Of a stretch of DNA of 64,000 bases, positions 28,332-39,169 are shown piece by piece (the stretch's first letter is position 1; the number at the start of each line of letters is the position of its first letter). The notes beneath the pieces were generated by a model, which saw only the letters and a list, made by a program, of their open reading frames with translations, had not been told where the DNA came from and did not search any database. The DNA is taken from assembly GCA_947627595.1 (NCBI GenBank), contig CANQWQ010000008.1:2198-66197 (forward strand), read 5' to 3'. Origin of the DNA: an uncultured Clostridia bacterium (lineage in GTDB: Bacteria > Bacillota > Clostridia > TANB77 > CAG-508). Both the position numbers and the translations under genes were made by a program.

Positions 28332-29501
28332 TTATTCTTCTCTTTGAGTGCCACAATCTGGGCAGAATTTTTCATTGTCTTTTAAAACTCTTCCGCATTT
28401 TTTACATTTATATTCTTCTTTTGCTTCTATTGGATTTCCACAACTTGGGCAGAATTTAGCACCTTCTGGAACTTCTTCTCCACATTTTGAGCAAAATTGT
28501 TTATTTGTACTTTGAGCATTTGCAGCATTTCCAAAACCTAAGAAACCTGCATTTACATTAGGTTGTGTTGGGTTTTGAAGGTTTATTCCACCAAGTTTTC
28601 CTTGATTTGCCATTCCACTACCTAAACCTTGTTGAACTCCTTGTTGCATCATAGGTTGTGCAGTAGAAGATAACATTTGACCAAAAGCAAATGCAAGTGG
28701 CATTTGAGCCATCATTCCAGTAGCAGTACCTGCACCATTTCCTTCATTTGAAACATATTTTTTAGCAATATCTGCAAGTTGCTCGTCCATCCAGTTGTAA
28801 CCAAGAATTCCTTGTTCCATTCTCTTATTAAGAGCTTCTTGAACTCTAGCTTTTTCTTCATCTGGAATATGTATTGTAGCTAAATAGAAGTTAGGAATTT
28901 CAATTCCATATTCTTCCATTTCTTCATTTAATTTTTCTTTTAAAGCTTCAGACATTTCTTCTAAGTGCTGATTAACAACAACATAACTAACTTGTCCCAT
29001 AAGTTTAGCAAGATGTGTTTTAACTTTTACGATAATTTTTTCTCTAAAATAATTTTCAATATTTTCAGTATTTATAGTGTTTTGAGTTCCAACAACTTGA
29101 ACTAAAAATTTTCTAGAATCTTTAATTTTAACTTCCATAGATCCGCTAGCGCCAACATTTAATTGAATGAAAAATTGTGGATCTAAAACTTCAAATTTAC
29201 TAGTTGTTCCCCATTTAACATCTAATACTACTGCTTTATTTATATAATAAACTTCAGCATGAAATCTAGTTTTTCCATCTGTAGGTAAGTTTATAAGTTT
29301 TTTCAACAATGGAATATTTGCTGTTTCTAGAGTATATCTACCTGGACCAAATAAATCTAAAGCTTGACCATCTCTATAAAAAACAGCTTCTTGAGACTCA
29401 TGAACTATAAGTTGTGTTCCAGTGTTAAAGTCTTCAACATCACTTTTCCAAACTAAAGTCTTGTCGTCTCCTTCAAATTTAATAATATCAACGATATTCA
29501 T
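28332..29501 (-). CDS. SPFH/band-7-like (virion-core-like) protein with two C-terminal zinc ribbons
   Basis: Start set at MNIVDIIKFEGDD (ATG 29501, GGAGG upstream). C-terminus has CSKCGEEVPEGAKFCPSCG and CKKCGRVLKDNEKFCPDCG. Confidence 0.65.
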   Translation of the reverse strand: MNIVDIIKFEGDDKTLVWKSDVEDFNTGTQLIVHESQEAVFYRDGQALDLFGPGRYTLETANIPLLKKLINLPTDGKTRFHAEVYYINKAVVLDVKWGTTSKFEVLDPQFFIQLNVGASGSMEVKIKDSRKFLVQVVGTQNTINTENIENYFREKIIVKVKTHLAKLMGQVSYVVVNQHLEEMSEALKEKLNEEMEEYGIEIPNFYLATIHIPDEEKARVQEALNKRMEQGILGYNWMDEQLADIAKKYVSNEGNGAGTATGMMAQMPLAFAFGQMLSSTAQPMMQQGVQQGLGSGMANQGKLGGINLQNPTQPNVNAGFLGFGNAANAQSTNKQFCSKCGEEVPEGAKFCPSCGNPIEAKEEYKCKKCGRVLKDNEKFCPDCGTQREE

Positions 29502-29574
29502 TAATTTTATCCTCCGTTCAAATTTAATTACACATAATAATATTATCATAACCGAAAAAAAATGTAAACAAATT

Positions 29575-29613
29575 TTTAAAAAAACAACAGCGGAATTGCA
29601 ACAGCAATTCCGC
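29575..29613 (-). terminator. Rho-independent terminator of spoVG
   Basis: gcggaattgc / gcaattccgc stem plus a U-run on the minus strand. Confidence 0.7.
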
Positions 29614-29628
29614 CCAATTAACTATAAC

Positions 29629-29919
29629 CTATTCAGCATCTGTGTCTGCATCTGATGGCTCAGCATCATCTGCTTTTTCATATGCATCTAATATAGCTTT
29701 TTCGATTTTTGCTCTAGTATCTTGATTGATAGGATGAGCTATATCTTTAAATACTCCAGTTGGATTTTTTCTACTTGGCATAGCCATGAATAATCCGTTT
29801 TGGCTTTCGATAACTTTGATATCATGAACAACAAATTCATTATCAAAAGTTACAGAAGCAATAGCCTTCATTTTTTTCTCTGAATTTACTTTTTTTAAAC
29901 GTACATCTGTAATTTCCAT
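29629..29919 (-). CDS. spoVG: Septation/sporulation regulator SpoVG
   Basis: [11 protein letters not shown]...[31 protein letters not shown]. Canonical SpoVG. Confidence 0.95.
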   Translation of the reverse strand: MEITDVRLKKVNSEKKMKAIASVTFDNEFVVHDIKVIESQNGLFMAMPSRKNPTGVFKDIAHPINQDTRAKIEKAILDAYEKADDAEPSDADTDAE

Positions 29920-30045
29920 TGTAATTTAGCACCTCTTTCTTTTTGTTTATACATATCATCTTTAAAATCTTTTAAAGTTTTATATATGTACATTTATATT
30001 ATTCTCCATAAAAACTTTTTTTCCCCTTATTTTTTATAAATTTTT

Positions 30046-31432
30046 TTACTTAAGTAACATTGGTCCAATATTTGTTACAGAGCCTGCTCCTAAAGTAATT
30101 ACAATGTCTTTAGGTTTTACATTTTCTTTTAAATATTTTACAATTTTTTCAAAACTTGAAATATTTATTGCCTTTTTTCCAATTTTTTCGATTTCTCTAA
30201 CAATATCATTTGATGAAATTTCTCCAGTATCTTTTTCACGTGCAGCATAAATATCAGTTAAAATAATATTATCAAAGTTACTTAAAGATTTAGCAAAATC
30301 TAGCAAATGCTCTTTTGTTCTAGAAAATGTATGAGGTTGAAAAACTACCCATGATTCATTATATTTCTTATTTTTAACTGCATTTGCAGTAGCCATTATT
30401 TCTGTTGGATGATGTGCATAATCATCAAAAATTGTAGCATCATTAAAGCTTCCTTTATATTCTAATCTTCTTGATGCACCTGTAAAGCTCTTTAAAGCTT
30501 TTTCTATTGCCTCTTTTGGAACTTTATAAAAATCGCAAATTCCAATACAAGCCAAACTATTTAAAACATTATGATTTCCTGCAACAGAAAGTTTTATATG
30601 AACATATTTCTCTCCATTTTTTAAACAATCAAATTCAGGAAAACCATTATCATCAAAAACTATATTTTCTGCTGTAAAGTCAGCTGATTTGTTATTAATT
30701 CCAAAAGTTACAAATTTAGCTTTTGTAAGTTCTTTTAATTTTAAGCAGTTTTCATCATCTGCGTTTGTAACTAAAACACCTTTTTCATCAATTAATCCAG
30801 CAAATGTATCAAAAGCTTTAACAACATTTTCAAAAGTTTTATAATAATCTAAATGATCATTATCAATATTTAAAATTACAGATGAATTTGGATTAAAATT
30901 CAAAAAGTTTCCTTTATATTCACATGACTCTAATATAAAATATTCAGAATGACCAATTCTATAATTTCCGCCAATTTCTTTTAAAACTGCACCAACTTCA
31001 ATTGAAGGATCATAATTTGCTTCAATAAAACAACATGAAATCATTGATGTTGTAGTGGTTTTTCCATGTGTTCCACTTACACAAATTGCTTCATCATATT
31101 TTTTAGTTAAAAAGCTAACAAATTTTCCTCTTCCAATTGTAGGAATATTATTTATTTTTGCAACAACTAGGTCTGCATCATCTTCTGGAATAGCAGCATT
31201 ATAAATTACTAAATCAGCTTTTTTTACGTTTTCCTCATTATGACCGATTGTAACATCAATTCCATCTTTAATTAATTTATCAGTTAAATCAGATTGATTT
31301 AAATCAGAACCTGTAACTTCGTGGCCCCAAGCCTTCAAAGTTTCAGCGATTGCAGACATGCTAACTCCGCCTATTCCTATTAAATGTATTCTTTTTATTC
31401 CGATCTAAACTATTAATTTCTTCTAATTCCAT
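30046..31432 (-). CDS. murC: UDP-N-acetylmuramate--L-alanine ligase; needs +1 at CGG 31400
   Basis: ATG 31432 gives MELEEINSLD-G-IKRIHLIGIGGVSMSAIAETL, continuing into ORF 30046..31359 (GTHGKTTTTSMI). Confidence 0.9.
31400..31402 (-). other. In-frame CGG at an ORF junction (putative +1 recoding site), murC
   Basis: TTA GAT CGG AAT. The +1 reading gives SLD-G-IKRIHLIGIGGVSMSAIAE. Confidence 0.75.
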
Positions 31433-31488
31433 AATTAATCCTTTCTATATCTTAAGCCATCTTATTTAAATAATATACAATTAATTAG

Positions 31489-32973
31489 TTATTTGTTACT
31501 TTTTCTTTCATATAACACAAATAAATTATCTCCATAAATTGCTTCATAATTTTTATCTTCACTAATGTAATTATTTATAATTTCATCTTTATCAAGCAAT
31601 ACATGTGTTATATTATATTTTTCAAATATTCTCTCATAATGAAATTTTCCACTAGTCACATCTATCCAATCTGCTAGAACTGTGCAATTAGGATTTTCTT
31701 GAACAGTATACATTCCAGATCTGCTATCAAGAAATACTTTTATTCCATTTAATTCTAGATAACTTCCCCAATTAAAGCTTGTGAAAATTCTCATATTTTC
31801 ATAATCAGTATTATTTAAAATCCAATCTGTAGCATCTTTTGGGTAAGTTAAATCATGAACATATTCTTTAACCAAATTTTTTGATAATAATCTAATTGAA
31901 ACAATCGCAGTAAATGAGCAAATTACCATTATAAAAACTGTAGATTTTTCAAGTTTTTTAAGGACTTGGTCTTTTTCATCGATATAAGTATTTATAAACT
32001 CTGTAATAATATTCGTAAAAAATATTATTCCTATTAAAGTCAAGAAAAATACATTTCTTTTAGTAACTAATGAGAAAAGAATAAATCCTAAAACAAATAA
32101 TAAATCTTTTATATTAATTTTAGTTTTTGTAAAACCAACTATTGAAAAAGTTATAAAAGTTATTACCATTATTGGCATAAATGAAGTAAAATTAAGTGGT
32201 TTAAGCTCTTGTATAAAATTTGTTGATACTCCACTCATACAATAAACTAAATTTGTATAAGCTGTTCCAAATATAGGTGTTAAAAATCCTATTAAAATAG
32301 CTAAAACTATCAGTATTATCAAATATTTTTTGTTTGTAAAATTAGAATTTTTAAATTTATCTGAATTTTCTAATTTAAAAATTTTTGTCAAAATAATTTC
32401 AGCTATATATGGCATTAACATAACAAAAAATAATGGATAAACTGTATCATGAAAATTAACTAATAAAAATGCTAAAACTAATAATAGCCAAAAATATCTC
32501 CTTTTTCCTCTTTCAAGCAATCCATTTAAGCACAATATTTCTAACTCAAAAATCAAAAATGAAAATATTTGATTTCTAGCAGCAAATGTACCTTGAGAAA
32601 TATAAATTGCTATAATGCTCATTATAAACGATAAAATAAGTCCATTTTTATGTCTTAATAATGATACAAATATTGAAATTCCTATCAATCCAGATATTAT
32701 TGCAGTAGTAATATAAATTCCTGTAAATCCAAATGAACTATATAATAAATACATTATTACATTGCAAATCCAACCTGGATATGTAAATCTTAAATTTTCA
32801 TGAAAAGACCAATGATCAATTCCGTCAATTACGTGTGTTTTAACGATTCTTTCTCCTATTGGAATATAAAAGAAAGTATCATTTTGCATAGTTTTATCTA
32901 CAATACTTATTGTAAAAAACGCAATTACCAAAGCCAAAATTATATATTTTAATTTCTTCTTCATAAGCTCCAT
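31489..32973 (-). CDS. Large polytopic membrane protein (possible GT-C-type glycosyltransferase)
   Basis: 494 aa, >10 TM helices, with a soluble C-terminal domain. No firm family call. Confidence 0.5.
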   Translation of the reverse strand: MELMKKKLKYIILALVIAFFTISIVDKTMQNDTFFYIPIGERIVKTHVIDGIDHWSFHENLRFTYPGWICNVIMYLLYSSFGFTGIYITTAIISGLIGISIFVSLLRHKNGLILSFIMSIIAIYISQGTFAARNQIFSFLIFELEILCLNGLLERGKRRYFWLLLVLAFLLVNFHDTVYPLFFVMLMPYIAEIILTKIFKLENSDKFKNSNFTNKKYLIILIVLAILIGFLTPIFGTAYTNLVYCMSGVSTNFIQELKPLNFTSFMPIMVITFITFSIVGFTKTKINIKDLLFVLGFILFSLVTKRNVFFLTLIGIIFFTNIITEFINTYIDEKDQVLKKLEKSTVFIMVICSFTAIVSIRLLSKNLVKEYVHDLTYPKDATDWILNNTDYENMRIFTSFNWGSYLELNGIKVFLDSRSGMYTVQENPNCTVLADWIDVTSGKFHYERIFEKYNITHVLLDKDEIINNYISEDKNYEAIYGDNLFVLYERKSNK

Positions 32974-32976
32974 CCA

Positions 32977-34047
32977 TTATTTATAAATTATAGTTCTAAA
33001 CCCTAAAATACTATGTGTTGCGTCTTCATCATCTGTAAATCTATCACAGAATAACATTTCATCCTCATAAAAAACTGTTCTTCTAAATATTCTAGATCCA
33101 TATTTTTGCTCTTCTGTCCATTCTCCATAATCATCTATTAAATCATAAATATTTTTATATACACTATTTCCAGTAATTCCAGTTCCTCTAGGAATATTAC
33201 CCATATCTATCTCATCTAACATAAATCTAATAGCTATATCATATGCAAAGCCATTTAATAATCTTGAATTAATATTATCATACATATTTCTAGCTAATTT
33301 ATTAGCATCTGTATAATTTATATCTACCCAAACCTCTTTACCAGCCTTGCTTACAGGGTTTCCGTTTTCATTGCTCATTTCAAATCTAGCAATATAAAAT
33401 CCCCCATTTTCTAATAAACTCTCAATAAAGTTTTCAAAACCAGTTTCTTCATAACATTCGAAATATGATTGACTAGTATTATCTTTCATAAAGTTTTCTT
33501 TTCTAATTATCGGAATGTTTTCATCATTTTCTAAATTAGTGCAAGGAACCCAAACAAATTGATTTTGATTTTCATCTTCTATCACAAAACCGCTATTCCA
33601 CTCGCCTTCAACATATTTAAAACCTTCTGGAATATATGGGTTTTTGCAATTTTCAATATTAGTTTCAGTTTTCATCAATTCCTTAAGCTTTTTATTTTGA
33701 GAATTTATAACTTGTTTACTTTCCTTGTTAATTTTTTCATGATATTCATCTTTGCTTGTAGCAAATTCCATAGTTGTTCCTGTTCTCATAAGCAAATTCA
33801 CTGAATATATTTCAATTATCAAAATCAAACCTATAGCTAATACATTTTTCACTAAAATCTTTGTCTTAAAAATTCTTACATTTAATATTTTTTTAATAAT
33901 TTTTCTTAAACGCTTGCTTGTAATTACTATCATTATTATAAATGTAATTATAGCTGAAATCGCTATTAAACTTAAGTCTCCCATAGTGTTCTCCTTTGTC
34001 GCCATTATATATCTATATATATAATTTTGCAAGGACTTTTTTGGCAA
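32977..34047 (-). CDS. Hypothetical membrane-anchored protein
   Basis: 356 aa with one N-terminal TM helix. The C-terminal part is faintly like the FGE/SUMF1 fold (low confidence). Confidence 0.45.
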   Translation of the reverse strand: MPKKSLQNYIYRYIMATKENTMGDLSLIAISAIITFIIMIVITSKRLRKIIKKILNVRIFKTKILVKNVLAIGLILIIEIYSVNLLMRTGTTMEFATSKDEYHEKINKESKQVINSQNKKLKELMKTETNIENCKNPYIPEGFKYVEGEWNSGFVIEDENQNQFVWVPCTNLENDENIPIIRKENFMKDNTSQSYFECYEETGFENFIESLLENGGFYIARFEMSNENGNPVSKAGKEVWVDINYTDANKLARNMYDNINSRLLNGFAYDIAIRFMLDEIDMGNIPRGTGITGNSVYKNIYDLIDDYGEWTEEQKYGSRIFRRTVFYEDEMLFCDRFTDDEDATHSILGFRTIIYK

Positions 34048-34052
34048 AAGTA

Positions 34053-35262
34053 TTAATAGATATTCATGTTTTCTAATATTAAATCTGCAAAAACTCCAAA
34101 ACCAATTCTAGGGTTTGAAACTAAGACATTTGTTACAATTCCTATTAATTTTCCATTTTGCAAAATTGGACTTCCAGATAGTCCTCTAATTATTCCACCA
34201 GTTTTATTAATTAAATCTTTGTCTGTAATTCTAACGACAAAACTTTTATTATCTTCTACATCATCTAAATAAATTTTGTCAATCATAACTTCATATTCTT
34301 TCATCTCTCCGCTGAAATTACTCATTATAACTGCTTTTCCAAGCTCAATCTCGCTTCTTAACCCTATCTGAACTTTATCTGAATTTTGATATTCTAATGA
34401 TTTTTCTTCACTTAAATTTCCAAATATTCCAAAATTAGAATTAGTCTCTATATCTCCAATATTATCGTCATTTACTGTTCCTCTTATTTCACCTGGATTT
34501 CCAGAAACTCCTTTATTTATTGAAATAATTTTAGTTGTAGTTAAATTTCCATTATCTATTTCTAAAAGAGAATTTGTGTCACTATCAATAATTCCATGAC
34601 CTAGAGCTACAAATTGTTTTGTCTCTGGAATGAAAAAACTAAGTGACCCGAACCCCTGTAGCTGCGTCTTTTACCCAAATTCCTAATTTATAAGAATTAC
34701 TATTATCATGAATTGGTTTTACAATTTCTTCTCTTTCTTTCCCATTTGAATCTTCTATTTTCATTTTCAAAGAATCTTCTTTATTAGATAAAATTATTTT
34801 CTTGAGTTCATCTATTGATTCTATTTTTATATCATTTACTTCTAATATTTTTTCGCCTTGTTTTAATGAGCTAACTTGTTCTAAAGAGACTTTATTTCCG
34901 TTTACATCTTCAATTTCAGAAAAGCCTACAATAACAATTCCTTTTGTAAAAATTTTAAGACCAACTAATTCTCCACTTGGAACAACTTCAACTTTTTCAG
35001 TTCTTTTTAATTCAACATCTTTTACTTTTATATTTCCTAAAACTAGTTTTAAATTGTAATTAGAACTTTTTCCGCCAGAACTTGTAACTACCTCTCCTTC
35101 TAGTTTTAGAAAAGGACATAATTTAAAATTTATTTTTGTATTATTATAAACCAATATTTTATTTGGAAAATTACTAATATTTATGAAATAGCAATAAAAT
35201 ATTAACAAACAAAAAATGGTCACTACTCTTCTTATCTTTTTCATAAGAATTATAATAACCAT
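34053..35262 (-). CDS. spoIVB: SpoIVB peptidase (S55; PDZ plus serine protease); needs +1 at CGG 34648
   Basis: ORF 34639..35262 (PDZ region), the uncalled stretch 34326-34640 and ORF 34053..34325 join into one frame: AATGV-G-SLSFFIPETKQFVALGHGIIDSDT...GLSGSPILQNGKLIG. Confidence 0.8.
34648..34650 (-). other. In-frame CGG at an ORF junction (putative +1 recoding site), spoIVB
   Basis: GGG GTT CGG GTC ACT TAG. The +1 reading gives TGV-G-SLSFFIPETKQFVALGHGI. Confidence 0.75.
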
Positions 35263-35273
35263 TTTTAAAAATT

Positions 35274-37718
35274 TTATTTATAATATACTTTTACACCTAT
35301 AACTTTAAATTCTGTATCGCTATCTCCAGGTATTAATGTTATTCCGCCAACTCCAGTAGTTTCTGAAAAATCTTGTTTATATTCTAAAGTTCTTCTAGAT
35401 TTTGAAGTTGTAGAAATTGTTTGAGTAGAATTATATTGTTTTCCCGTATCATATCTAGCTACAACTGAATCTGAATAAACTCCTGGTGCAGTAGTTTGCG
35501 CATCTTCTATTGTTACCTCAATCTTTAAAATTTCGTTTAAATTACTTCTAGAGATATGGTCAAATGGAAATCTAGTACCTTGTCTTATCTCATAAGATGC
35601 ATTAAAAGTTTGCCATCCATAATTTTCAGTAAATGCTGTTGTTTTATATAGATTATTTCTTTCTTTAGCAATCGCTATTCTATAAGCTTTTAATCTAACA
35701 TCATAATCATCACTTAAGTTTAAAGCTCCACTTGGTGTAGATCGGTTATTTAGCAAGTATTGTAATACTTGAGTATTTCCATCTACAACAGTTCCATTTC
35801 TATTTCTAACAGTATAGTTTGAATCAACAATACAATTATAATCTGTGAAAGCCTTGTGGTCATAAGTATATGATCCATCATTATTTAAAATTTTATCATA
35901 TTTTATTTCTTTAGATTTAAATGATATACATCCAAGCCAATTTGATCCTTGGAAATTATTGGCATCACCTAAATGCAAGTTTTCACAATCTATTCTATGA
36001 GCCGTTTCAAAAATATAGTCATCATCAAGTGTTGCCAGAATTTGTTCATTTGCAGTTCCATCACCATCTAAATCTACATTTTCGACAACTCTTTCAACAT
36101 AATAAATTTCATTGTCTGTAACAGTTATTTCATTATTTGTACTAGTTACAATTGCATAATTATTAAAGTATTTTAAGCCACATTTAAAGCCTTCCATGAA
36201 CGAAACTATTGTAACATTATTTAAAATAATATCCCATTCTTCTTCTGAAAGAACTGGCATTCTAAATTCTACTGTTCTAGAATCTTCAGTATAAACAAGC
36301 ATTGATAAAATCAAGTTATATGTTATAGAATTTTTAATTACTGCTCTTTTATGTGTATAAAAATCTGACTCTTGATTTTCCGGATCATTACTTGGATCCA
36401 CGCTAAATGGTTGTGTTGAATCAGCTGTAAAATCATAAAGCATTTCTTTATAAAGATCTGATTCAGAATTTACTAAACTTTGTTCTAATCTAGAATCTAT
36501 CGCATTTTTAATATCTGTAACTGAATATTGATCATTCTGGTAATTTGAAGCTCGTATATTTGATAAATTCTCATAGAACCAGCTTGAGAAAATGAAACTA
36601 TCTATATAATATTTTACAGCACTTCCTGCATCATCCCAATAAATTGTTTCACTTCCACCTGTTGGGCTAGCAATAGCTACTTGACCATCTCTATTAGAAA
36701 TAACTATTCCATCTTGTAGTGTTACTTTTACCTCATAATGTGCAGGGTCATCTGCATAGGCATCTATAACATCTTTTGAAATGTTTGTCCAATCTGTTGT
36801 AGTAGTTGTAGGAACTCCAGTTCCAGAGTATTCTATTGAACTAACTAAATTATTTCTAATTAAATAGCCTGATTTAGTATAATAAACATTTCCTATGTTT
36901 CCTTCAACAGTAATAAAATTATCTAATGTATAATTAATTGTTATATTATAACTTTGATTTCCACTAGGACCAGCACCTGTTGCTCCAATGTATCTAGCAC
37001 TATATGGAATATATGATTTTAAAATATATGATCTACTATAATATGTAGAAAAATCTCTGTTTGAAGCTGTATGAAGTTCTGTACTATATGTTCCATCATT
37101 ATTTTTATATAAAATCTGAGAATATTCTTGCTCTATTCCACTACTTTTTAAGGTATTATAATCAACAGTTCCAGCACCATTAGCAATAGTTTCAGCTTCA
37201 TCTAGTTCTGGTGAATTATCTTGATATTTTAAGCTATTATTATCAAATTCATAAAATCCAATATTACCAACTGATGTTGATCTTACTGTTTTAAGTGTTA
37301 CACCAAAATCTGAAGTTCTAATTGTTCTACCATATTTATCAACACAAATTTCTGGAAGGTTAGTTGGGCTATAAATATAATAACCATCATATAAAGTATA
37401 AAGAATTGCTGGAATATATGGTTGAATATAACTTTTACTAGCATTAGAAACACCTAAGTTTGTACATAAAGTATTAAAGAAGATATTATTTGAAGCTTCT
37501 ATAATACTTCTTAAAGAATCAGAAACAGCTGATAAATCTTCATTTGCTGTGTTTAATTCAAATGCTCTCATAGCATCATAAGTAGCTTTTTGAAGTTTTT
37601 CACTGTAATCAGATTCCATTCTAATTGTTTCTACTTGCAAGCTAATAAAATATGAACTTACTAATATTATCGGTATAAAAATTAAAACAAATATTACCGA
37701 AACGTGTTGAAATTTCAT
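35274..37718 (-). CDS. 814-aa filament-associated protein with an N-terminal hydrophobic helix (last gene of the Tad-like cluster)
   Basis: MKFQHVSVIFVLIFIPIILVSSYFISL, then a large Asn/Thr/Tyr-rich extracellular-looking region. GGAG lies before the ATG. Confidence 0.55.
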   Translation of the reverse strand: MKFQHVSVIFVLIFIPIILVSSYFISLQVETIRMESDYSEKLQKATYDAMRAFELNTANEDLSAVSDSLRSIIEASNNIFFNTLCTNLGVSNASKSYIQPYIPAILYTLYDGYYIYSPTNLPEICVDKYGRTIRTSDFGVTLKTVRSTSVGNIGFYEFDNNSLKYQDNSPELDEAETIANGAGTVDYNTLKSSGIEQEYSQILYKNNDGTYSTELHTASNRDFSTYYSRSYILKSYIPYSARYIGATGAGPSGNQSYNITINYTLDNFITVEGNIGNVYYTKSGYLIRNNLVSSIEYSGTGVPTTTTTDWTNISKDVIDAYADDPAHYEVKVTLQDGIVISNRDGQVAIASPTGGSETIYWDDAGSAVKYYIDSFIFSSWFYENLSNIRASNYQNDQYSVTDIKNAIDSRLEQSLVNSESDLYKEMLYDFTADSTQPFSVDPSNDPENQESDFYTHKRAVIKNSITYNLILSMLVYTEDSRTVEFRMPVLSEEEWDIILNNVTIVSFMEGFKCGLKYFNNYAIVTSTNNEITVTDNEIYYVERVVENVDLDGDGTANEQILATLDDDYIFETAHRIDCENLHLGDANNFQGSNWLGCISFKSKEIKYDKILNNDGSYTYDHKAFTDYNCIVDSNYTVRNRNGTVVDGNTQVLQYLLNNRSTPSGALNLSDDYDVRLKAYRIAIAKERNNLYKTTAFTENYGWQTFNASYEIRQGTRFPFDHISRSNLNEILKIEVTIEDAQTTAPGVYSDSVVARYDTGKQYNSTQTISTTSKSRRTLEYKQDFSETTGVGGITLIPGDSDTEFKVIGVKVYYK

Positions 37719-37733
37719 AAATTACATCTCCAT

Positions 37734-37779
37734 AAATTTATAAAATAAAGGTTGGCCGAAAACAAAATTCCGTCCAACC
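37734..37779 (-). terminator. Internal terminator/attenuator-like hairpin in the Tad-like operon
   Basis: Minus strand ggttggacg / cggccaacc (one mismatch) followed by tttattttat. Lies between the 180-aa gene and the 814-aa gene. Confidence 0.45.
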
Positions 37780-37797
37780 CCCTTTATCTCTAACTAA

Positions 37798-38340
37798 CTA
37801 ATTATTTGTTCCGTTTGAAGTAACCATTCCTGAACTTTGAGCAGATATTTGATAAGTTCCATTACCACTAATTGAATAGAAAATTCCTCTTATTGTTTGA
37901 GATAATGTCTTATTACTATTTTTAGCACTAACAGAGATTATATCTCCTTCTTTCATTGTATAAACTCCGTCTCCATCACCTTCCATAGAAGCCATATAAT
38001 TCATTATTTGTGATGTATATACTGAATAATAATTGTTTTCACCTATAACTTGTTTTTGGGTCCAAGCTGATTTTTTACCAATGTTTTCATCTAAAACTTT
38101 TATTTCGATTTCAACATCATATTTGTTTCCAGTAGCTTCTATTTTGCTAACTAGTTTATTATATTCGTTCATTGTAATTTTTCCTGTTCCAACAGCAGTA
38201 TTAACAAACTCTGTAACTGCGCTTTGAACAGTAAGTTGTGAAATATCATCACTACGTTCTGCTATACTCATAAGTGGAAATATGAACATAAGAATTGCTG
38301 CTAAAAATATTGCAATTACTGTTATTAAAGAATCACTCAT
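37798..38340 (-). CDS. Pilin/pseudopilin-like protein (N-terminal hydrophobic helix, no leader)
   Basis: MSDSLITVIAIFLAAILMFIFPLMSIAE..., 180 aa. AAAGGA lies before the ATG. Confidence 0.5.
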   Translation of the reverse strand: MSDSLITVIAIFLAAILMFIFPLMSIAERSDDISQLTVQSAVTEFVNTAVGTGKITMNEYNKLVSKIEATGNKYDVEIEIKVLDENIGKKSAWTQKQVIGENNYYSVYTSQIMNYMASMEGDGDGVYTMKEGDIISVSAKNSNKTLSQTIRGIFYSISGNGTYQISAQSSGMVTSNGTNN

Positions 38341-38364
38341 AATTTTCTATCCTTTCAATTTTTT

Positions 38365-39135
38365 TTATGATATAGGTAATAATTGATAAATTATAATAAT
38401 TTTTGTTGCGATTTGTTTGCTTCCAGTTAAAGTAACTATTTCATTTTCATCGTTTGTAACTGTATCGCCTTCATAAGCATATTGAGTAAATACTTCTCTA
38501 AATTTTCTATCTTGAAAATTATTCAAAGATACAAGTCTTGAATCATGTTGACCAATTGGCTGAGAATAATCAACTAAAACATTGTTTATATATCCTTTTC
38601 CGCCATTAATATACATGTCTACTCTAGTTTTGGCATCCTTATTTATGTTAGCAAGCCATGGTACGCCAAACATATAGCAACAATGTTGTGGTACGGTAGT
38701 ATCACCAACATCATATAAAGACAACAAAGCCTTTTGCTTACTTCTTTTTAAAATTTCTGCACGATCTGATGTAGCAGTAGTTCTCTCTTGAGTAACTTTA
38801 GCAGCATTAACATCACCTTCTGTAGTTGTATCAAAATATTGTAGTAATGTTCCATCAACATCTAAAATTTTTACAGCAAAACTTTCTTTGTAATAACGAT
38901 ATAAAGTAGGTATTATGGTATCAAGACCGACTACTCTAGATCTGTTGCTATTGTCATTATTATTTCCTAGAATTCTCTCTAGAGAAAAACTATCATAATA
39001 AGAACCATCTAATTTGTATGTAATTGTTTCAGCAGCTGCATCTAGTTTGTTAACTAAAACTAAAGCAACCGAAAACGCAAGAACAAACGCAAACATAGCA
39101 GCAGCCATATATAGAGCATGCGATAGATTCTCCAT
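38365..39135 (-). CDS. Leaderless pilin-like protein (MENLSHAL paralog)
   Basis: MENLSHALYMAAAMFAFVLAFSVALVLV. AAAGGAGG lies before the ATG. Confidence 0.6.
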   Translation of the reverse strand: MENLSHALYMAAAMFAFVLAFSVALVLVNKLDAAAETITYKLDGSYYDSFSLERILGNNNDNSNRSRVVGLDTIIPTLYRYYKESFAVKILDVDGTLLQYFDTTTEGDVNAAKVTQERTTATSDRAEILKRSKQKALLSLYDVGDTTVPQHCCYMFGVPWLANINKDAKTRVDMYINGGKGYINNVLVDYSQPIGQHDSRLVSLNNFQDRKFREVFTQYAYEGDTVTNDENEIVTLTGSKQIATKIIIIYQLLPIS

Positions 39136-39169
39136 AATACCTCCTTTAAGATTTCATCGTTAAAATAAA

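Noticed and set aside
29502-29549. N-terminal extension of ORF 28332..29549, which contains an in-frame CGG (29514-29516) and would be a 22nd CGG site.
   Set aside because: That CGG is part of GAACGGAGGA, the Shine-Dalgarno for ATG 29501 (MNIVDIIKFEG). The extension is a longest-ORF artefact, so it is neither a break nor a normal Arg codon.
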